Program-made: the position numbers and the translations under genes
Part shown: positions 53,011 through 64,000 of the stretch, in pieces
Layout of the letters: each line of letters begins with the position of its first letter
How positions within the stretch are numbered: position 1 is the first letter of the stretch
Notes under the pieces: generated by a model
What the model was told of the DNA's origin: nothing
What the model saw: the letters and a program-made list of their open reading frames with translations, nothing else
Databases searched by the model: none
From: Eledone cirrhosa
Taxonomy: Eukaryota
Direction of reading: 5' to 3'
Assembly: GCA_964016885.1 (NCBI GenBank)
Contig: OZ024743.1
Location: 31,744,001 to 31,808,000, forward strand
DNA: 64,000 nt

Positions 53011-55879
53011 TAAATATATATAAGTATGTAGAGAAAACAGGCAGAAACTGAGAGCACATTGGATGTATTGTTTCAATAAATGAAAGTAATTCGGCTTTCC
53101 TTTTTTTTTGTCATAATAATTTTACCAGTTATTGGGATTAAAATCTCACTTGTCTGAAAAATTAGGTGCGTTTGAAATCCAGAAACTAAATTACTTTTCG
53201 TAAAAACAGGACTAAAATCCGTTCATATACACTTTACTTATGACTCTGCTCAGTTATGCGTATTTGATTGCATATAAGACTTTCAGATATAAGTGTAGCT
53301 ACGTCTGAGTGTATGTACGTGGGAATTCCTTTCACTGTGTGTGTGTGTGTAAAGATTTCCTGTATCCATTACAAAATAATCCGTTCCGTGTCTGTGAGTG
53401 AAATTTTATAACCAAAACATGGAGTAACTATAAATTCTCTCTTAGGGCTCATTATTACTGCTTTCTGTGTCTTTACCGTAGAAAGGTGACTGGTATCTAA
53501 AGGGAAAAATGATGTACAGCAGCTATTTGGGCTATTTAAAAGTTGTAATAAACATCAGAGACGAACAGATATGAAAAGAATATCTACAAAACCACTCCTA
53601 TCTAAAATTCAATCTCTAAAACAGCATTTCCTGATATTTATGTTCAGGTAGAAAATACCAGATATCCGTTCACACGAAGAACACAAATAAATGGATATAT
53701 TTATATGGCGACAACGAATGTCTGCACAAGTAAAATTATTGTCAGTGGTGCAATATTTACTTAGTAATAACATTTAGTCTTCATTTCAAAAGAAGCACTA
53801 GATAAACAAATCCACAAAACAAAAATAAATATAAATCAATGCATATCATAAGAAACTAACAGATAAAACCATATAATGACACAAGCACAAATACAACTCA
53901 GTGAGTACGTCAGATCCCACACCTATTACAAATAAACGAGTCAATCATAAATTTTATTACAAGAACCAAATGCACAATTATAGAATAATTGTACACATTG
54001 CAAAAGATTTCATAAAACTAACGCAAATGCATTATCCATATTTTAACACTAGAGCAACGATGCTAAGCTACTTAATAATAAACATCCATCGTGCAAACCC
54101 ATGTCCATTCCTCTTTATGCAGATGAAGAAAAGCCTGTTAAGCGTAAACTTCGAAAGTCCAAATACTATATTTGCCATTCAAGTATATCTAACTACTGCC
54201 AATTACCATTCTTTGCAATGCACTGACCAAACGACACATAAAAACAATTAAATTGGAGAATATTGGATGCCAACAAATTTATGTTCGGTAGATATCTTCA
54301 CCAAAATAGAAAATTAATGATAGAAGGAATACTCATAAATCAACACAGCATTGAAATAAATATATAAATTATAAAGTCACGAAGAATATAAACGTCCGAA
54401 TGATGTAAACATCTAACGGTTAAAAGTGTAAATTACGCTGGTATTGTCTAGACCAAATACATTGACCCTACTTGATATAGAATTTGAGATTATAAAGGTC
54501 TAGAAAAGTTTATTTCGAAATTAATTTGCTGCTTGTTATGCTTCTGTTACGAAATAAGCTGCTGTTGTGTTGGAAGTTAATTTTGAATATGTGGTAATAC
54601 TTCGGCATTTGTATATCGGCACTTCTTCCTTTATATCTCTTTGCCATGCATTTCGATTTTATAGACTTTGAACGTATTATGTTAGGATATTTGAGGAAAT
54701 AATTTTAGTTTTGTTTCTGAATTGCAAACATAGCTCAGTCTAATGATAGTTCATGTTGAGTAAATTACCATGCTATCTCCAACCTCTTACTCGGTATCAT
54801 AGTGTAATTTATTAGGTTCAGATGACCTGAGTCTGCGACTCTTGTTCGAATCCTGCAATCTCCATGTATTCGATTACTGACATTACGAAAGTCCATGGAC
54901 GTTACAGCGCTCAATATCTAGTTTGTTAAATCAATGATACCGTATCAACCTCTGTGGGATACATTTGATTATGCAAACGTTCTATAACTATTTGTATTTG
55001 TAGAAACGTTTATGCAATATTTTCTAAGCATCCAACAAATACTGTTTGTATACCGAAATCCCATTAATGGTAAAATAGTTTTCGAGATAACTTGCAGTAA
55101 GCGTTTCTTTAATATTCTTCAAAAACCCAAGTATTTTTCCGGAAATTTGTGAATTAGCATTCAATAGTGTCTTAAACCGCAATATGGAAGTAAAATGGCA
55201 GAGAGATATGGTTTGAGAATGTAATCATGGGCTAACGATTTTATTTATTGTACCATCGAGCTGAATTGTATTTTACCAGATCCATTCAAGTGAGAACTAT
55301 TTCTTTGATTTCTGACTAACTGGAGATAAGGCAGCTATAAAATATATCAGCAACGTAAGATTTGCAGAAGAATATATTGTTTGGATAATTTCATTTTGTT
55401 CGCTGCAGTCAGCTCCACAATTCAATTCTGGATTTATTAGATTATAATCTGCTGCTCCCACCCGGAACAAACCCATTTATTTTTTCATAACACATTATAC
55501 GACTATTTATATCATTGTCTTGCTTAGGTTATTATTCTTTATAGGTTTTAATTTTAGATTTACTGAGAATTATTACCGCACAACCGAGCGTAATTTTGCC
55601 TGCCTGGTGTAACTGTAGTGAATTATTTTCATTTTGTATGTTCTGTTATGTTGAAAATTCGACATAATATGTGCACAGTAACTAGTAGATATAATTTGTA
55701 TATGTCAGAAAAATGTGGTTATGTATTTGGCAATATATATATCTAATAATTTCCAAGGCCCTTAATGCTCTAGCGTCTGCCTGATCATGCCTATTATACA
55801 ATAGTACACAGTTTTTCTCTTTTACCATTTTCAGTTGTTCGATTGCGGTCACATTACCTTTAAGGAATTTGACCGAATA

Positions 55880-56460
55880 TGTCAATCCTATTACTTATAT
55901 TTGTTGGCAATTTTAAAACCGTATTTCTGTCTGTTAGGTTCAATTGTGAGATATAATAGAGCTATGCAAAAGATTAGATGTGAAAGTGAAGCACCTTGAA
56001 AGATGTCAATGTCGAGGTTAATATTGTTTGAACGTAGTTCTCCATTGGATTAATGTAATTGCAAATTCGTGGTCCAGAAGGACATATGTTTCAGAGATTT
56101 TGAAATTGCAGGAGACGTTTTGAAGACGTCCAGCTATTTTAAAATCCGTGAATGAGATATACTGTCAAAAGCCTTTTTAGTATCAATTCATGTAAAACGT
56201 AATATCCTTCGTTTATTATTACAGTTCTCGGGGATGAAACAATTAGTTATGAGTTGATCTTTCAATTGATATGAACCTCGTCAGCGACCTATTTTTTCAA
56301 TGGGCAAAAGATTGTTTTCTTCCATTAATGCCTATGTTTTTCCATGAGAATAAATGTTAAAACTTTAGAAGTAGTGAATTAATCGGCTATGAGCCGGTAG
56401 ATATTCTTTTGGTCTTTGGTTTCAATATTCTTTGATAGTAAGGAAGTAATGCCACTTGCT
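55880..56460 (-). mobile_element. R4/Dong-like LINE reverse transcriptase relic
   Basis: GITSLLSKN..YRLI..SKVLTFIL; DIFQGASLSHLIFCIAL (QGDSLSP-like); KYGFKI. Confidence 0.72.
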
Positions 56461-56869
56461 ATATATTCCGATGTTTTTCAGGATCTTTCATAATTTTATT
56501 ATACAGCTAGCTTTTTATTTTCTAGCTTCAATATTTCAGTGTGCAGGATATTTTGCCTGTAAAAATTGTTTCTCTTCTGAAATATTCATATTCCTTGACC
56601 TTTTATTTGAACTTTTTCTCTTGATCAAAATCCATATTATCTCTAACGTTCTTCCGTTTCTGAATCTTACATCATTTCCAGATATTAATGTATTAATAAT
56701 ATTTCCCCTCTTATTAATTCAGTCCCTTTTTCAGATTTACTTTTCCATTATGGTTTTCTACTTAAGTTTGGCTTTTTTGGATGGCATCCCTCTTCTTTCA
56801 TTTACCCTAGCCACTGAGTAAAAAAATTCATTTCACTCAGTAATATCAGGGTATATTTCGTATATGATT

Positions 56870-57290
56870 TTTAATTGGTAGTAACAGAAGAACGGCAGGT
56901 AACAAACTTTACGGTATACAGTTACGGCCATTTATATTCTGAGTTCAAATCACGCCAGAGTTAACCTTGCTTTTCATTCTTACGACATCGATAAAATAAA
57001 GTCCCAGCAACGCGCAGGGGGTAGATGTTATCGCCCCAAAGAGAAAATTGTTCGTCTTGTGCCTAAATCAGAAACCATTATTATTTGCATATATATGGGC
57101 GGTGAATTGGCAGTATCGGTAGAGGGTCAGACACCATGCTTTCCAGCATAGTTACGTCCCTTTACGATCTGAGTTCAAATCCCGCCGAGGTTGACTTTGC
57201 CTTTCATCCTTATGGGGTCGATAAAATAAAGTACCAGTAATGCACTGGGTAATTGCTGGCCTTGTGCCTAAAAAGTAGAAACAATTATTA
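56870..57290 (+). mobile_element. Old SINE (~56870-57085) followed by a young family-1 SINE (57097-57287) with TSD ATTATTATTTGCATAT
   Basis: A and B boxes, family core and a flanking 16-bp duplication. Confidence 0.9.
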
Positions 57291-58624
57291 TTTGCATATT
57301 ATTTATTATTTTCTATAATTATTGATGCAAACCTTTTACTATCCAGGAGACTATAAATCAAATCTGCATTTTTACACTGCATGAAAGACATCTGCTTTTC
57401 AGTGTTATTCTTAACATTCATAAATCGTTTGCAAAAGGATAATGGAAATATCTTAACCTCTACTGGAATCTATGCCTTTTCTTTTAACATTGCAAACTAT
57501 TTTTTTTTTTAAACATATAGCCAATTCTCTACTTAAGAATTCCTAGACTCTAATTCCTTTTCCTTTATTTAATTACTTTTTTTTTGTGTCATCTTATTAA
57601 ATTGATAAATATTTATCATACAACATTAGTTTATATAATTTTTGTAACTATTTTCTATGAATGAAATCCTTAAAAAATGGTTATTTTTAATCCAAGATAT
57701 TCCCATATCAATCTATCTTAAATCTATTGTTAGAAACAAAACAATAACATATAGCTGTTTAAATTAACCCCAAACATAGACGGTTCCGTTCGCTTTATTT
57801 ATACAAATGTATTCCTCTTCTTGGCGCCAATCTTTTAACCTTACGTCATTTGACGCTGCTTTCATTCGGCATTTAACATTTACATTTGGTTTTATGAATG
57901 TAAAACGCAGAAACTTCACCATACATATTAAATCAATTGAATTAATAAAACAAAAAACGAATAGGATTAATTTTTCATATCTTTATGTTTCTTTTATTTT
58001 TCTCTCAAATTTGCAACATCAATGTGTTTTTCAAAGATTTTGATTTGGATTCGTTATATGTTTATGTTGTATTTGAAAGCTTTCTGGGAAATTCGAACCT
58101 TAACTTGATTTTTGCCTCACACAGGATAAATATAATGTTCTCGATCAATGTCCGTGACGTGAACAGAGACAAGAATCTTATACATTTGATTCAAGATGTC
58201 ACGGTTTAATTTTCTACAAATTGAACATCTATAATCAATTGATATGTAACATATATATATATATATATTTCCCAAGTTATCGTATAATTTTACTCTTCGC
58301 TGGTAGAATCTATCCGTAGTCTATCTATCCGTCCGTATATAAGTTACATTGCTTGATTCGACGTATCAATAACAGATGATTGTTGGCGCTGCGATCGTCC
58401 ACAATCAAATATGCATACACGAAACAGATACCTCTTTTGTGTTCCATACCACGTGCCGCCTAAATACAAACCACACATCTGAATATACAAAGATCCACTA
58501 ACTGATACGACGCCACGCCATCGAATTTCGTCGATAGCTTGAACACTGGTATATATATATATATGTGTACATATATATATATACATGTCTATATATATAT
58601 ATATATACACATGTATATATATTT

Positions 58625-58708
<84 letters not shown>

Positions 58709-59547
58709 CTGTGTGTGTGTGTGTGTGTATGTGTGTGTGTGTGTGTAGTATGTGTATGTAGCATATATATATGACTTACAAGATATTGATCATCTCGAGG
58801 CAATTTTAGATGAGACTTACATGTGTGTGTTATTGTATGTGTGCATGTGTATGTATGCAGCTGTATGTGTGTATGTCTGTGTGTTGTGTGTGTGTGTGTG
58901 CGCGCGCGTGCGTGTGTGTGTGTGTGTGTGTGTACGTCTATGTGTGTATTTCCCTGCCTGTGTAATTGCATGGGTGTGAAATATTTCCAGTATATATTTA
59001 TGTTCAACTAAATACCAATACACCCTGCTACATCCCAAACAACATTGAGCTGAGGTCAGGGAAAATAATTGATTCCAGTTTCTATGGCGATATATTGACG
59101 AATTTCACTTCAATAGAAATATTATTGGCGTTAGTACTAAGTCACAAATTAGGTCAAATGTCCAATTGATTGAACATATAGCTTCAATTGTACTATTTGT
59201 AGAAATTTCTATAGAATCGCTATGCTCAACAATGATATGTTTATTGCTTTAGAAACGGACATGAGCTTCCGTAGCGCAGAAATATTTTGTTTTGTATTTT
59301 TTCTTCTTCCCTCATTTACGATCTTCTTTAATCATTTCAATTACGCGTATTTGAGAGTGTGATGTTTTCTTTCTAAGAATTTTATCTGTAGAAACAAATG
59401 CAAATAAACCGACAAACGAATCGAAAACAAAACTTTCCATAAACCATAATCTACTCACATGACTTAAATACATGCTTTGATAATGTATATAGCGAGAATA
59501 AAGGAACCTAGATCTGTAAGAACATAGCCGAAAAGTAGCATGGGATA

Positions 59548-59633
<86 letters not shown>

Positions 59634-59673
59634 GAAAAATTTGAACAGGGACAAAACAGAGAGGCAGTACAAT

Positions 59674-60695
59674 AAAACATAGTGAAATATTTGAAAAATT
59701 TCCTCAAGAAAGGCAGAAGTTTAAGGGGCAAAAAAAATATATAAATAAAAGTAATGCAAGAGATATATACAAATAAAATAGGGAAATATAGTAAGGGTAT
59801 GTGTATAAATGTGTGTATATACACCTACAAAAGTACATATGTGTGTATGTACAAATACATGTGTATAGTGAAAAATGTGTGCGTAAGCATATCAGTGTAT
59901 GTGTGACCACAAATACGTATATAATATATGTTGAAAACAGAAATTGTAAGATAATAGAGTTAGCGTACATACAGACTCAGGGATTACGGATTGAAATATA
60001 CACACAAGCACAACCACATACATGTATGTGATATATACAGGGAAGGGAGTGTATCAGTCAAAACAGTGCCAGGCTGAAGGTTGATGCAGATATAAAAATA
60101 TAAAATATGAAAATGAAAAAATATATGAGAATAAAAAAATTAAATCAAAGAGAAAATAAGAGGGAGGGATTATCAATTATAAAGTAACACTAGAAAAAAT
60201 AAATAAAAAGTAGAAAACATACAGAGGTTCGTACGCACACATATGATTTGACTGATACACTCCCTTTCCTGTATATATCACATACATGTATGTGGTTGCG
60301 CGCGTGTGTGTGTGTGTGTTTATACGCGGGCTTTCATACTTGTATGTGTATATATTTCAATCCTTAGTCTCTGAGTATGCATGTACGCTAACTCTATTAG
60401 CTTACAACTTCTTTTTTCAACATATATTATATACGTATTTGTGGTCAAACATACCCTGATATGCTTGCCCTCATGTATGTACTTACGCACGCATGTTTCA
60501 CTATACACATGCATTTGTACAGACACACATATGTACATTTGTAGGTGCATATACACACATTTATACACATACCCTTACTATATTTTCTTATTTTATTTGT
60601 ATATATCTCTTGCATTACTTTTATTTATATACTTTTTTTGCCCGTTAAACTTCTGCTTTTCTTGAGGAGATTTTTCAAATATTTCACTATGTTTT
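59674..60695. repeat. Long inverted repeat (59674-60062 / 60247-60695) leading into a hammerhead
   Basis: Arms align by eye, and the ORF track gives near-identical peptides on opposite strands (59704- vs 60381+). Confidence 0.92.
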
Positions 60696-60696
60696 A

Positions 60697-60765
60697 AATT
60701 GCCTTGTCTGACGAACGAGTGAGGACGTTTCTTGTATTCGGGAAACCTCTGGTAATGAGGTAATT
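60697..60765 (+). ncRNA. Type I hammerhead ribozyme
   Basis: AATTGCCTTGT-CTGACGA-ACGAGT..ATTCGG-GAA-ACC-TCT-GGT-A-ATGAGGTAATT. Stem I is 11 bp and stem III is 3 bp. Confidence 0.8.
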
Positions 60766-60819
60766 ATATATTCAATTGTCAACGGTAACTTCAATTTTCA
60801 ACGGAAACTTCAATATATA

Positions 60820-61375
<556 letters not shown>

Positions 61376-61706
61376 TAATATATACATATATACATATATA
61401 CATGTATACATATATATATATATATAAAGAGACTATTTGCATACTTGTGAACGAATCGAATATAAGTATTAACATTCGAAAAACTCAGATTACATATATA
61501 TATAAAAGGAGGTATAAATCCCACCCCATGTGACCTCCGGTAGTGTTGGCTTGTATTCGCAAACTTTTCTAAGTGCATACATTCTTGCTCCATACAGGGT
61601 AAAACCGCTTAGCGTCACGGTCAGTTTTACACCTTCCTTTATACCAACTTTGCTTCTTCCCGTGACTTGTAGTTTCCCTGTCTAGACATAGCAGACTTTC
61701 AATATG

Positions 61707-61740
<34 letters not shown>

Positions 61741-61741
61741 C

Positions 61742-61783
<42 letters not shown>

Positions 61784-62520
61784 GTGTGTGTGTGGTTTCA
61801 AAGGCCCCAATATATTGTATAATGTTTTCACTAGCTGGGACTTTTTTGTCTGAAACTGTCAACTTATGTAAGGGATAAGAATTATTTTTAATGTAATTTG
61901 TAGAGTATATACTGAGTAACCTATGGCATGTACAAGTAGTTGCCAATACAAATATTTGACAAAACGTACACTATAAATTGGAATACGAATCTTACGAAAT
62001 TGTAACCTAATACCCTATCCACTTGATTATTTTCTCTTAATAATGTGTATAAAGTCGATTATAGTCAATGAAATATTTTGTGAGATTTGCGATTCAAATG
62101 AATTACTTACCGGCAGACTATGAACAGTCTTGCAATGTCATAATTACTAATGAAAACCAAAGCTTCAAACATTACGTCTGTCAGAAATTTAATTTAGTAA
62201 ACATTGCCTTGGCACTTCATGAATTTAGATATCATTTGCCTTTATCTTGTCAGTTGTTATAATATAGCGAATACTATTTGAATATTTTAGAAGAGTCTTG
62301 TTAACATACATATAGATTGAGGAAGCAAAAACGGATCGATTTCTGAAGTACCAGCCTGACCTCGTAAGGCCTAATTATCATATGAACTTTCGATTATATT
62401 ATTACTTCTCCTAACTCATAGTCTGCTGACCAGTACTGTGCAGCACACATGGCGACATTTTATTAGTAATTGATTTATGTATGTGTCGTCTTGTCGCTGT
62501 CAATCTCTTTCTGTCCAACA

Positions 62521-62616
<96 letters not shown>

Positions 62617-62640
62617 ATATATATATTATTATTATTTTGA

Positions 62641-62860
62641 TTGTGGATTGGCAATATCGGTAGACCATTGGACATTATGATTTGCAGCTTAGATTTTCGC
62701 CCCCTTACGTTCCGAGTTCAAATCCCGCCGAGGTTAGCTTTGCCTTTCATCCCTACGGGGTCGATAACATAAAGTACCAGTATTGCACTGGTGGTACATT
62801 TAATTGACTTTCTCCTCCCTTTCAAATTAGTGGTCTTCTGCCTAAAGTAGAAACAATTAT
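62641..62860 (+). mobile_element. SINE family 1 variant
   Basis: TGGCAATATCGG, GAGTTCAAATCC, family core and tail. Confidence 0.88.
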
Positions 62861-64000
62861 TATTAAGATCACGTCAGGCGTTTATGTGTAGATTCATAGG
62901 GTGATCAGACAAGACACTTATCATATTACATGCAGTCAACCGAGACTCCAGTGTAATGGGATTCTAAATTGATCTTAAATGGTGCTGAGTACTCATTCCT
63001 GCCATCGGCAATACAAAGTGTATGGACATATATACATATATGCATTTAAAACGTTAGTCGCATTACTTCTTTGCTATGCTGTTATATCTGCAGTGTAGCA
63101 TTAACAATCTTAAAATATTGGACCATTATAGAACATGCATATCCAACTTTTAGGGTTCCGGAAAGTATAATAGCTCTCAAGGAGGAAATTATTAGATTTT
63201 TTAAATCCTAGTTAACACAACCATCAGTATTAAATGAGAAAATTTAATTTATAAAAGACAGCAAATAGTAAATTATTTTATAATCGAGCTGTCTCAACCT
63301 GCGATGTGTTCTCTTATTTCATAATCTTAACATCCATTTATTCAACAATATTAAGAGTCTATGAACAAGAACTGCTTCTTACACTTACGTATGTTGTCCC
63401 ACATAATTCTGAAAACAGGAACATGTAATGTTTTTGCTCGGGAATATTTCAGACTATCATGGTCTGTATAGATATGTTTTCTAATGGCGGTTTCCAATAA
63501 CCCATCAATATTGATGCATTGTTAATTAATCATATATCTATAAATTTGTGAATATTTTCCGACACTATTTTTCAACCGTTTGAACATCGAAAAAGAGGAT
63601 GGGTTGTGCTACAAACCCTGAGATTACGTATAAATTATACACACGTTTTTCATGTACTAAACAACTCGTTTGTGAACACAAATAGTCATCGCTCAATATA
63701 TAATTGTTAATGTTGATTACGTTTCCATTGATTTGTGTTTCTGGTCGTAGAGTTTATCGTCAGATGTTAAATCAATGATGAAATGTGGTGAATGCATAAC
63801 CACCAAACAATAACTCTATCACTGCCAATCACTACAATCAACACCATTTACAACCATCGATGACTCCAAACATCAATCACCATGACACCAAGCAATCACT
63901 ATAACCAATCATTGGCACGACCAATTAAGATAAGAAATAAACATCACAACCAAGTTCAATGAATACAAACAACCAGTACAGATTATTACCACCAAAACTT

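Noticed and set aside
53500-55500. Possible heavily decayed LINE sequence (also ~32880-33500 and ~36400-36700)
   Set aside because: Hints only, too degraded to assign by eye. A translated repeat search would be needed.

Overview
AT-rich, microsatellite-dense, non-coding eukaryotic DNA. The repeat content suggests an octopus-like cephalopod, which is inference. No host protein-coding gene can be supported, and most listed ORFs are microsatellite artefacts. The window holds decayed mobile elements: five Penelope-like element (PLE) GIY-YIG/RT fragments, mariner and maT/Tc1 transposons, Tx1, RTE, R4/Dong and CRE LINE relics, a Gypsy pol relic and about 20 tRNA-derived SINE copies. The main signal, read by eye, is about 20 type-I hammerhead ribozyme (HHR) motifs. 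Several sit as divergent pairs in 300-400 bp fold-back palindromes from three families with unrelated ribozyme sequences (2201-2526 with 60899-61233, 3901-4225, 4537-5735). These have unusually long hairpin stem II inserts (about 47, 63 and 101 nt) and palindromic stem III. Others have a compensatory U3:A8 core or occur as a tandem pair 315 nt apart. Ribozyme activity is predicted from motif and pairing only.
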